Below, piece after piece: positions 53,121-62,151 of a DNA stretch of 64,000 nt (position 1 is the stretch's first letter; every line of letters starts with the position of its first letter). The translations under genes were made by a program, and so were the position numbers. Below the pieces are notes generated by a model, which saw nothing but the letters and a program-made list of their open reading frames with translations, made no database searches and was not told the DNA's origin. Source of the DNA: an uncultured Campylobacter sp. (GTDB lineage: Bacteria > Campylobacterota > Campylobacteria > Campylobacterales > Campylobacteraceae); assembly GCA_963519915.1 (NCBI GenBank), contig CAUQPE010000001.1, positions 1,191 through 65,190 of the forward strand. The letters run 5' to 3'.

Positions 53121-53588
53121 AAATTGACATATTTTAGTTACCTCAAACTCCCTTTAGTGTTCACATCAATTAAATTTATTTGTTCATCTATTGCATTGTT
53201 TGCAATTTTGTATTTAGTTAGAAAGTAACAAAATTTGTAGCTAGTTTTACCCTGGTTTCTGTCGTAGTTTGAAGTGCAAATTTGCTTTCAAAAGATTTGC
53301 TTGTACGATAGACGGCTTGCCATATCAAATTTATGCATCTCTGCAAACAACATTTGGAATATTAAGCACAGGTATTTCGAGTTTTGAATTACGGATTACG
53401 CCCTTGCTACCACCGCACGTTTTCATCCTTAAAGAGCTGCTAGTATCTTTTATATTTGACTTATCAACATATAGAATCGCTTAAAATTCCAAATTTATCC
53501 AAGTCAAAAATAGCGGCCAAAACGCCAAACTCATAGCGTATTTAAAATTTTATCTGCTATAATATCTCAAAAATTTAAAAGGTTAAAA

Positions 53589-53858
53589 ATGATCCCATTT
53601 ACCGATGAAGAGCTTTTAAAGCCCGTAAAAGCCAGCCTGCAAAAGGTTTTGCCTATGCTTGAAAACGACGGCGGAGGCATGGAGCTATTAGGCATCAAAA
53701 ACGGCAAAATTTACGTCCGTCTAACCGGCCACTGCCACGGTTGCGCAGCTAGCTCGACCACGCTAAAATACGGCATCGAGCGCCAGCTCCGCATGGATAT
53801 CCACCCCGAGCTAGAGGTCGTAAACATCCCTATCGGCGAGGAAGTTAAATTTGATTGA
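53589..53858 (+). CDS. NifU/NfuA C-terminal domain protein
   Basis: L..DGGG.EL...L.GHCHGCAAS..TLK.GIE; TGcTATAAT promoter at 53555-53563. Confidence 0.9.
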   Translation: MIPFTDEELLKPVKASLQKVLPMLENDGGGMELLGIKNGKIYVRLTGHCHGCAASSTTLKYGIERQLRMDIHPELEVVNIPIGEEVKFD

Positions 53859-54396
53859 TTATAAAAAGATGGGCCTAAAAGCATTTAATAAGGGCGAATT
53901 TAACGCCGCCGCGAGCTATTTTTCGCTCGCTTACGAAAAAAAGCCGGACGAAAAACTACTCTTTCTCATCACGCTTTGCTCACTTGCTAAAACCCGCCGC
54001 GACGAGGCGATGACGCTTTTTGAGATATTTAAGCTAAAAGATAAATTAGGCATGAGTCCTGCGGATTTGGACGAAATTTTGGGCGCGCTTGAGGCAAAAA
54101 TCTACGAAGACGAGGATCACGAGGAGCAAAACGCCATTAGCTACGCCGACTTCATGGATGCGGTTAGGCGCGGCGGGTTTAAAAGCACCTTTGAGGACAT
54201 CATGTTTTCCACGCGCGTGATGATCGACAACCGCGACGATTTTCTCGAGTTTTTGCAAAATCTTATCAAAAACGACTTCATCGAAATGGGACTAAACTAC
54301 ATCGAGACCGCAGCCGTGATGTTTGCCGGCGACGAGCGACTAAGCGCCCTGGCTCGCGAAATCAACGAAAAGGCCGAAAGTGAAAATTTACGTTAA
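53851..54396 (+). CDS. Conserved hypothetical protein (TPR-like N-terminus)
   Basis: Overlaps both nifU and murE; helical; FEDIMFSTRVMID segment. Confidence 0.75.
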   Translation: MIDYKKMGLKAFNKGEFNAAASYFSLAYEKKPDEKLLFLITLCSLAKTRRDEAMTLFEIFKLKDKLGMSPADLDEILGALEAKIYEDEDHEEQNAISYADFMDAVRRGGFKSTFEDIMFSTRVMIDNRDDFLEFLQNLIKNDFIEMGLNYIETAAVMFAGDERLSALAREINEKAESENLR

Positions 54397-55681
54397 AGAA
54401 GGCTTTGTTACCGATAACTCTAGCGTTTGCGAAGCGGGTTGCTATTTCGTTAAAACGGCGACGAACGCCAAATTTGAAGCCGCCGCCGAAGCAAAGGGTG
54501 CAAAAATCATAAATTTGGCCGAGTGCAAGCGGCTGCTAGGCATCGACGAGAACATCAAAACCATTGGCATCACGGGCACGAACGGTAAGACCACGACCGC
54601 GGCGATTATCTGCGCTACGCTCTTAAATTTAGGCTACGGATGCGGTCTATGCGGCACTCGCGGCGCTTTTATAAACAATGAACGCATCGACGACAAGGCG
54701 CTAACGACGAGCGAAATTTTACGCACGCTTAGCTATCTCAAAGCCGCTAGCGAGCGCGGTTGCGAGTACTTCGTGATGGAGGCCAGCTCGCACGCCATCG
54801 CTCAAAAACGCATCGAGAGCCTATCCTTTGCGATGAAAATTTTTACGAATTTGACCCAAGACCACCTCGACTACCACGGTACGCTTGAAGAGTACGCACG
54901 CGTAAAGAGCGAGTTTTTCGCAGACGATGCGCCAAAACTCATAAACATAGACGACCGCGGCGGGATCAAATTTAACCCCGCAAACGCCCAAACATATTCA
55001 CTTAGCGCGCTCCACGCGGACGCGGACTTCGCGCCCGTCGAGTATTCGCTAGAAGGCGGCATACGCGCGATGCTAAAAACCCCGCGCGGGCAAATGGCGC
55101 TAAGCTCAAATTTGCACGGCGAATTTAACCTCTACAACCTCATCGCAGCCGCCTCTTGCGTCGCGACGCTGACGGATCGGCCGCTAGATGAGATCGCGCG
55201 CGCCGCGGCAGAATTTGAGGGCGTAGAGGGGCGCATGGAGGTCGTGAGTCGCGAACCGCTCGTGATCGTGGATTTCGCACACACTCCAGACGGCATCGAA
55301 AAGGTGCTAAACGCGCTTCGCCACCGCAAAATCGTCGCAGTTTTTGGCGCAGGCGGCGATAGAGACCGCACCAAACGCCCAAAAATGGGCGCAACTGCGC
55401 AAAAATACGCGCACAGACTCGTCGTTACCAGCGACAACCCCCGCAGCGAAGAGCCGGAAAGCATTATCGCCGAGATCTGCGGCGGCCTAGAGATGAACGA
55501 GCGCGTAAAATGTATCGCAAACCGCAAAGAGGCGATAAAATACGCGCTTGAAAGCCTCTCGCAGGATGAAATTTTGGTGATTTTAGGCAAGGGCGACGAA
55601 ACCTATCAGGAGATCAAGGGCGTAAAATATCCGTTTAGCGACAAAGAGGTCGTACGCGACCTTTTGGACGGACGCGCCTAA
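54380..55681 (+). CDS. murE: UDP-MurNAc-tripeptide synthetase (meso-DAP ligase)
   Basis: GITGTNGKTT, MEASSH, FTNLTQDHLDYH, DFAHTPDG and DNPR (DAP specificity) motifs. Confidence 0.97.
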   Translation: MKIYVKEGFVTDNSSVCEAGCYFVKTATNAKFEAAAEAKGAKIINLAECKRLLGIDENIKTIGITGTNGKTTTAAIICATLLNLGYGCGLCGTRGAFINNERIDDKALTTSEILRTLSYLKAASERGCEYFVMEASSHAIAQKRIESLSFAMKIFTNLTQDHLDYHGTLEEYARVKSEFFADDAPKLINIDDRGGIKFNPANAQTYSLSALHADADFAPVEYSLEGGIRAMLKTPRGQMALSSNLHGEFNLYNLIAAASCVATLTDRPLDEIARAAAEFEGVEGRMEVVSREPLVIVDFAHTPDGIEKVLNALRHRKIVAVFGAGGDRDRTKRPKMGATAQKYAHRLVVTSDNPRSEEPESIIAEICGGLEMNERVKCIANRKEAIKYALESLSQDEILVILGKGDETYQEIKGVKYPFSDKEVVRDLLDGRA

Positions 55682-55953
55682 ATTTACGGACAAAACGGCG
55701 ACGAAATAAGGGTAAATTCGAGTAAAATTTACCTTTGTTTGCGTCTAAATTTCTATTTTTACCACCAAACGGCGTCAAATTTATCGCAGTTTTCATCGCT
55801 CGCGCAAATGCCTCTAAAATCAAATTTGATCACAAATTTAACTCCTAATTTTATCGCGTCAAGCAAGCAAAAACGAATCGCTGCGGCTATATAAAGTTGC
55901 TTTTCGCGGCTAAATTTATAGTATAATTTTCCCAAAAACACAAAGGACGACCG

Positions 55954-56301
55954 ATGAAAATCGAAATTTTATCAAGCAAAATCCACCGCGCGCGCGTGAC
56001 GGACGCCAATCTAAACTACGTGGGCTCGGTCACGATCGGACCCGAGCTCATCGAGGCTGCTGGGCTTTGCGAATACCAAAAAGTAGAGATCCTAAACGTC
56101 AATAACGGCGAGCGCTTCGCTACATACGTGATTCGCGGCGAGAAAAAGGGCGAGATCTGCCTAAACGGCGCGGCCGCGCGCAAAGTCTGCGTCGGCGACG
56201 TCGTCATCATTGTGGCTTACGCGCTTCTTAGCGCCAAAAAAGCAAGAGATTTCGAACCAAAAATCGTGCAGGTAAATGAGCAAAACGATATCGTAAAATA
56301 A
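55954..56301 (+). CDS. panD: Aspartate 1-decarboxylase
   Basis: SKIHRARVT...YVG/SVTI cleavage site, NNGERFATY and CLNGAAAR motifs. Confidence 0.97.
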   Translation: MKIEILSSKIHRARVTDANLNYVGSVTIGPELIEAAGLCEYQKVEILNVNNGERFATYVIRGEKKGEICLNGAAARKVCVGDVVIIVAYALLSAKKARDFEPKIVQVNEQNDIVK

Positions 56302-56547
56302 TATACGCCCAAATTTGCCGTCTCTGCGGCGGGGCGTTTAAATTTACTTTTTATGTCGATGAGCCAAATTTGTGACAAAATTTAGGCTAGTGCGAACGCG
56401 ACGGTTATTTGCAAACAGACGAAAGGCGAATGCGCCAAATATCAATTTGTTTAAATTTGTCGCCGTTTGGCGTTAAATTTGACGCGGTCGGTAAATTTTG
56501 GCGAAATTTGACCAAATTTAGCGCCTGAATTTAAAAGGATTCGCAAA

Positions 56548-57324
56548 ATGATAGCGATTTATTTCAGCTCCACGGGCAACACAAAGCATTGCGTGGAGAA
56601 ATTTATAGAGTGTCTGGGCGGCGATATTCTCGCGGTTTCGATCGAGGACGAGGGCTGCGGCGAACTACTAAAGCACCACAATGACGTGATCCTCGCCTAT
56701 CCCGTTTACTTTAGCGACCTGCCGCAGATCGTGCGCGAATTTATTTGCGAAAACAGCGCGAATTTCCGCGGCAAAAACGTCTTTATTATAGCTACGATGG
56801 AGATTTTCAGCGGCGACGGAGCGGGCTGCGCGGCTAGGATCCTAAGGCGAGCGGGCGCGAAGATAACGGGCGGCGCACACGTTAGAATGCCCGCGTTTAT
56901 CCTCGACGTGGCGATTTTTAACTATTCGGCGCAGAAAAACGAGCACCTGATCAAGGAGGCAAATGCCAAGCTGCAGCGCGCCTCGGAGGCATTTGCCGCG
57001 GGTAATCCGCCGCAAGAGGGGCTAGGCGTGCTATGCCGTATCGCGGGGCTTTTGGGGCAGCGGCTATGGATGAAGATTTGGGACAAAACGCCGTTTGCTA
57101 GGCACAAACCGACTCTCGATGCGGCGCGCTGCAACGGGTGCGGCGAATGCGCGAGATCCTGCCCGATGCAAAATATAAAAATCGCGCACTGTAAGGCGAG
57201 ATTCGGCGAGCGCTGCACGCTTTGCTACAGATGCGTAAACAAATGCAGGCAAAAAGCGATAACGATCCTCGGCAAGGCGGTAAATCTGGAAAAATCGGTC
57301 GCGGCTGAGTTTAAAGATATCTGA
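56548..57324 (+). CDS. EFR1-family flavodoxin/4Fe-4S ferredoxin fusion
   Basis: YFSSTGNT flavodoxin motif and two CxxCxxCxxxC clusters at the C-terminus. Confidence 0.88.
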   Translation: MIAIYFSSTGNTKHCVEKFIECLGGDILAVSIEDEGCGELLKHHNDVILAYPVYFSDLPQIVREFICENSANFRGKNVFIIATMEIFSGDGAGCAARILRRAGAKITGGAHVRMPAFILDVAIFNYSAQKNEHLIKEANAKLQRASEAFAAGNPPQEGLGVLCRIAGLLGQRLWMKIWDKTPFARHKPTLDAARCNGCGECARSCPMQNIKIAHCKARFGERCTLCYRCVNKCRQKAITILGKAVNLEKSVAAEFKDI

Positions 57325-57749
57325 CGTGCGTTCGTTCGCATGGGTCTCAGCTCCGCGATAGTTTATTTTGTCGCGCTTTGCGCAGCTTTTAAATTTGCCG
57401 AAATGATCAAAATTTAGCGCCCGCCAGGTCCGCGCTATCTTAAATGCTCTTTTGGTTCCGTGATTTACCGTCTTGCTTCGACTATTATATTTCTCAAATT
57501 TACAAAAAGTCCACGCTAGAAAACTACGCAGGCATTCTTGCGGGAGCCAAAACAGATCAAAACTCGCGCAGTTCACTTAAAGCAAAATTTCATCGTCAAA
57601 TTTGACGGCTTTTCAGGCTCAAATTTACCCGTCCGCGCTCGTATCCGCGGCGAGTTTTAAAGGCGGGAACGAAACTTGCATTGCAGGCTTTAAATAAAGT
57701 AAATTTAGCTTAAATTGGCTAAAATAACGCGAAATTTGAAAGGATGTTT

Positions 57750-58067
57750 ATGTTTGAGGGGATAGATTTTTCAAAAATGGGACAGATGCTCGAGGAGGCG
57801 CAAAAAAAGGCGCAAGAAATCGAGCAGGAGAGCCAAAAGCGCGAGTTTAGCGTAAAAAGCGGCGGCGGACTCATCAGCGTCAGGGCAAACGGCAAGGGCG
57901 AGGTGCTCGATATCAGCATCGACGACAGCTTGCTAGAGGACAAGGAGAGCTTGCAGATCTTGCTCATCAGCGCCGTAAACGACGTGCTAAAGATGATCGA
58001 GGACGACCGCAAAAACGCCGCGTCAAGGATGCTGGGCGGGTTTGCCGGCATGGGACTAGGGCAATGA
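57750..58067 (+). CDS. YbaB/EbfC nucleoid-associated protein
   Basis: SGGGLISV.ANG.G....ISID....D.E.L..L..SAVND motif. Confidence 0.92.
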   Translation: MFEGIDFSKMGQMLEEAQKKAQEIEQESQKREFSVKSGGGLISVRANGKGEVLDISIDDSLLEDKESLQILLISAVNDVLKMIEDDRKNAASRMLGGFAGMGLGQ

Positions 58068-59275
58068 AACGCGCAGCTTTCTCGCGCCGTTTGGACGCGG
58101 TTTTGGGGCTCGCGCGGTTAAATTTTGGCGGCGCTTTGGACGGTGCGGCTGTAAATTTGAACTCAAATTTAGCCCGCAAAATTTACTCTCCACTTTTTGC
58201 GGTTTTTGTGATTTGCGCATTTGCTGCGTCGCTTAGAGCCGAGCCGCGCCCGACGCAGGATGATTTTAACGCCTGCTTTGAGAAAAACCTGCCCGCTATG
58301 GTAAACGTCGCGGGTAACGGCGGTATCGCGATCACGCCAAATTTAATCGCCGTGCCTAAAGGCGAAATCCCCGTGAAAAACTACGTCAAATTTGACCCGT
58401 ATCTGGGCCTCTATCTGGTCTCCTCGGACGCCAAACTCGAGCCTGTGAAGATGGCCGACGATAACGCGACGAAAAAAAGCGACTGGGTCAGCGTCACGCG
58501 CGATCTAAACGCGACCGTCTACGGCCACGTAAAGGCGCAGGCACAGGCGCTAGGCGAGCTGGACGTGCTCACGTTTGACGTAAACGGCACGGGTGCCGTG
58601 CTAAGTCCGTGCTGCAAGCTACGCGGTATCGCCGTGGGTGGGGACAAATTCGTCCCGAGCCGCTATCTAAGGCACTTTGCGGCGTATAAAGACGTTTACT
58701 ACGGCGACGTCGGAGCGGTTTTCGAGGAGCGAGACGGCAAACTCTACGTAAAGAGCGTCGATCCGCTCGGACGCGGCGCGACACTGATGGCAGGGGATGA
58801 AATTTTGAGCGTAAACGGCGAGAAATTTGAGAGTTTGCGCGAGCTAAACGAGAGGATTTTGTTCGCCAAAAAGGGCGAGCGGCTCAAATTTGATATCAAG
58901 CGCGGCGACGAGGTTTTGAAATTTGGCGTGGCGGTCTCTGATGACGCGGCCAAAAAAGAGCAAAAAGCTCCGACGAAAGCGGATAAAAAGGCCGTCTCTA
59001 GCGACGCAAAACCCCAGTCCATACCTCAAAGCAGCGATGCCGCGAGCGTGCAAAAGCTCTACGGAATAACCTTTGACGAGAAGCTAACGGTAAAAAGCGT
59101 CGACGCAAACTCGGGCGCGGCCAAATTTGGCGTCAGAGTCGGCGACAAGCTGATACAGGTGGGGCAAAAGGCGGTCTCAAGCCGCAAAGAAGCGCTCGGC
59201 CTGCTCGCTAAGGGCGGCGGTCAAAATTTGCTATTTAGACGCAACGGCTTTGACTTTTTTTACAACGCACGGTAG
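58064..59275 (+). CDS. Periplasmic PDZ-domain protein
   Basis: Two PDZ-like repeats (LMAGDEILSVNG; GVRVGDKLIQVG) and a signal-like helix; ATGA-coupled to ybaB. Confidence 0.8.
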   Translation: MKRAAFSRRLDAVLGLARLNFGGALDGAAVNLNSNLARKIYSPLFAVFVICAFAASLRAEPRPTQDDFNACFEKNLPAMVNVAGNGGIAITPNLIAVPKGEIPVKNYVKFDPYLGLYLVSSDAKLEPVKMADDNATKKSDWVSVTRDLNATVYGHVKAQAQALGELDVLTFDVNGTGAVLSPCCKLRGIAVGGDKFVPSRYLRHFAAYKDVYYGDVGAVFEERDGKLYVKSVDPLGRGATLMAGDEILSVNGEKFESLRELNERILFAKKGERLKFDIKRGDEVLKFGVAVSDDAAKKEQKAPTKADKKAVSSDAKPQSIPQSSDAASVQKLYGITFDEKLTVKSVDANSGAAKFGVRVGDKLIQVGQKAVSSRKEALGLLAKGGGQNLLFRRNGFDFFYNAR

Positions 59276-59365
59276 TCGCAGGCGGCAAATTTGACGCTTT
59301 TGCAGGCTAAATTTGAGAAATTTAGCCTGCACCCGACCAGTCGGCAAAAATAAAACGGAGAATAG

Positions 59366-60544
59366 ATGCAAAATCAAAATTTAGCGGTAAAATCAAAATT
59401 TAGCGGCAATGATCAAATTTGCCTTCAAAGCGCGGCGAAATCGTCAAATTTGAGCGAGTCGCAGGCGCTGCTGAGGGGTCAAATTTTAGCTCGCAGTTCG
59501 CGCGCGAGCTCGTACCAAAATCGCTCTCAAATTTTAAACTCGACCAAAGCCAAAACTAGCTCCGAAAATCTGACTCAAAGCCTGAAAAACCGATCAAATT
59601 TGATCTCGCTAAACGCAGCAAAAGGCTCATGTTTTACCTCGGGCGCAAATTTACAGCCGCATGCAAACCAAACTGCTCTTGACACCGCCGATCAGGAAGC
59701 GCTTTTGGCCGAGTTTAAGGCGTTTTTGAGCGCGCATTTGCCAAGCTCGCCTAGCTTTCATCCGTGTTTTGACGAGGCGCTCTCATACACGCTAAAATCG
59801 GGTGGCAAGCACTTTCGCGCGATGCTGGTCGCTGGCGTCGTAGCGGCGGTGCGTCCCGAGCGCAAAGAGGCGGCGTTTCACGTCGCGCTGGCATTTGAAA
59901 CTATGCACAGCTACTCGCTCATCCACGACGATCTGCCCGCGATGGACGACTCGGATCTGCGCCGCGGACAGCCTAGCCTGCACGTCAAATTTGACGAAGT
60001 TACGGCGATCCTAGCGGGCGACGCGCTAAACACTCATGCCTTTTATCAGATAGCAAAAGCCCCGCTGGACGCGGACGCGCGCATAAAATGCGTCGAGATC
60101 CTAAGCCGCAACGCCGGTATCTACGGCATGGCGCTAGGGCAGGCTGTGGATTGTTATTTCGAAAATCAAAAGCTAGGGCTTGAAGAGCTAAAATTTCTGC
60201 ACGTCCACAAGACCGCGCGCCTCATCGCAGCAAGCTTGCAAGCAGGCTGCGTCGTAGCGGGGCTAGACGAGGCGGAGGCTGCGCGCATATACGACATCGG
60301 GCTTGATCTGGGGCTGGCGTTTCAGATCGCAGACGACATCATCGACGCGACGCAAAGCGCCGAAACGGCGGGCAAGCCGACGCATAACGATGGCGCGAAA
60401 AACTCCTTTACCAACCTTCTTGGCGTGGAGGGCGCGGTGCAGGCTAAAAACGAGCTCATCGCAAAGATAGAGTGCGAGCTAGGCGGCGTGCATGCTGGTA
60501 TCCGCGCTATCGTGACGGGCCTCATCGACAAGCATTTGCGGTAA
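59366..60544 (+). CDS. ispA: Geranyltranstransferase / polyprenyl synthetase (start ambiguous: ATG 59366 or TTG 59705)
   Basis: GGKHFR, SLIHDDLPAMDD...RRG and FQIADDIID (FARM/SARM motifs). Confidence 0.93.
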   Translation: MQNQNLAVKSKFSGNDQICLQSAAKSSNLSESQALLRGQILARSSRASSYQNRSQILNSTKAKTSSENLTQSLKNRSNLISLNAAKGSCFTSGANLQPHANQTALDTADQEALLAEFKAFLSAHLPSSPSFHPCFDEALSYTLKSGGKHFRAMLVAGVVAAVRPERKEAAFHVALAFETMHSYSLIHDDLPAMDDSDLRRGQPSLHVKFDEVTAILAGDALNTHAFYQIAKAPLDADARIKCVEILSRNAGIYGMALGQAVDCYFENQKLGLEELKFLHVHKTARLIAASLQAGCVVAGLDEAEAARIYDIGLDLGLAFQIADDIIDATQSAETAGKPTHNDGAKNSFTNLLGVEGAVQAKNELIAKIECELGGVHAGIRAIVTGLIDKHLR

Positions 60545-60751
60545 ATTTAGCTTAAATTTGCGTTTGAGTCGGTTAAATTTGAGCCGTCAAATTTGCCGTC
60601 AAATTTCGCAAATTTTATCTATAACTACAAAACTCTATCCGCTCGGTATAAATAAACGACGTTCTAAACCGTGCCGATCCTGCCGTAAATTCGGCAAAAT
60701 TCGGTGTCCTTTTTATGCTATAATCTTTTAAATTTATCAAAAGGAGAGATA

Positions 60752-62002
60752 ATGAAAAAAATAGCCTTATCGCTTGCGCTTTTGTGTGCGGCTGCATTTG
60801 CCAAAGAGTACGACTACATGCTAGCTAGCACTGCGCAAAAGACTTTTGAGGAACCGACTTCTAGCTACGAAACCAAGCAAAGCTACGACGCCAAGGCTCG
60901 CCGCCTAGAGCTGGTGAGCAGCTCCGAGCTCGCAGACGGCCTAAAGGGCAAACACAAAGAGGTCAGCTACTACAACAAAGCCGGCGAGATGACGAAATTT
61001 GAAGCCTATAGCTATGATTTTGCCGCGAAAAAATGGATCAAAGTAACCGAATACAAAGCCGACTATAAAAAAGGCGTCCTCACGCAGGAGTCTAGTTCGT
61101 TTATCAGAGGTGTGCCGGAAAATGCTAGCAAAATCGTCACAAAGTACCTAAAAAACGCTAGCGAGGAGATCAGATACGAGCTAGTAAAGGGCAAATGGCA
61201 AAAAGCCGCGCTAACCAAAACCGTCGAGAACGCATACGGCGAGAACGAGCTCATCGTGCTTAGCGTCTGGGACGGCAAAAGATGGCAGCCTAAGTCAAAA
61301 ACTCAGCTGCTCTACGGTGCGGACGGACAGACGCGCGGCTACGAGAGCTGGGACTACGAAAACGGCGCATGGCAAAGCCGTGAAAGAAGCACTGTTGCGG
61401 GCGATGTGAAGGGCAAATACGAGCAGGTAAGAAGCTTATTTGAAGGCGGCGCGTGGCGCTATGACGAGATGTCAAAGCACGACTACGACGCCTCTAGCGG
61501 CAAAGACGTGACGATAAATCTCATCTGGAACGCCGAGCAAAATGCGTGGGAGAACAACAGCAAAAGCGTCTCGATCGTAGAGGGCGCGGACTTTGAGACG
61601 GCGGCGTTTTTGTGGGATAAAGAACGCAAAGAGTGGAAGCAGGAGTACTCCAACCGCAGCATCTACGACAAGAGCGGCGAGCGTCTGCTAACGCAGCGAT
61701 ACGACACGATGGACGGCAGCGAGAAGTTCGTCTACGGATACAACGAGCGCGGCGATAACGTGAGCGTGGATATCTACGAGCTAGTTAGCGACGAAAACGG
61801 CAAAAGATGGGTGCAAAATAAGCGCCTGGAGACGACCTTTGATCCGCGCATATTAGCCGACGACGTCGGACACGGCGGCTCGCTGATGTCCTTTGAGATG
61901 CCTAGCAGATACGCGGTGACTAGCTTTAAGCAGTTTGTCGCGGCGGACGGTAAATTTAAGCTCGCCTCAGAGCAGACGTGGAAATATAAAAGGGTCAAAT
62001 GA
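60752..62002 (+). CDS. Secreted Trp/Tyr-rich beta-hairpin repeat protein (paralog 1)
   Basis: Signal peptide MKKIALSLALLCAAAFA; repeated (W/Y)xxxxxW units; YGYNERGDN; TGcTATAAT at 60716-60724 and AAGGAG SD. Confidence 0.8.
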   Translation: MKKIALSLALLCAAAFAKEYDYMLASTAQKTFEEPTSSYETKQSYDAKARRLELVSSSELADGLKGKHKEVSYYNKAGEMTKFEAYSYDFAAKKWIKVTEYKADYKKGVLTQESSSFIRGVPENASKIVTKYLKNASEEIRYELVKGKWQKAALTKTVENAYGENELIVLSVWDGKRWQPKSKTQLLYGADGQTRGYESWDYENGAWQSRERSTVAGDVKGKYEQVRSLFEGGAWRYDEMSKHDYDASSGKDVTINLIWNAEQNAWENNSKSVSIVEGADFETAAFLWDKERKEWKQEYSNRSIYDKSGERLLTQRYDTMDGSEKFVYGYNERGDNVSVDIYELVSDENGKRWVQNKRLETTFDPRILADDVGHGGSLMSFEMPSRYAVTSFKQFVAADGKFKLASEQTWKYKRVK

Positions 62003-62151
62003 TCTTTTGCTAGCGGCCTAACTGCGGTAAATTTGACGCTTTGGATTCGGTCAAATTTAACGAGCGCCCGAGCGTCAATTTGGCTCGTTGAATTTTGCTT
62101 TCACATCAAATTTGACGCCGTTTGGGCGGCTAAATTTAAAAAGGAGCGAAT

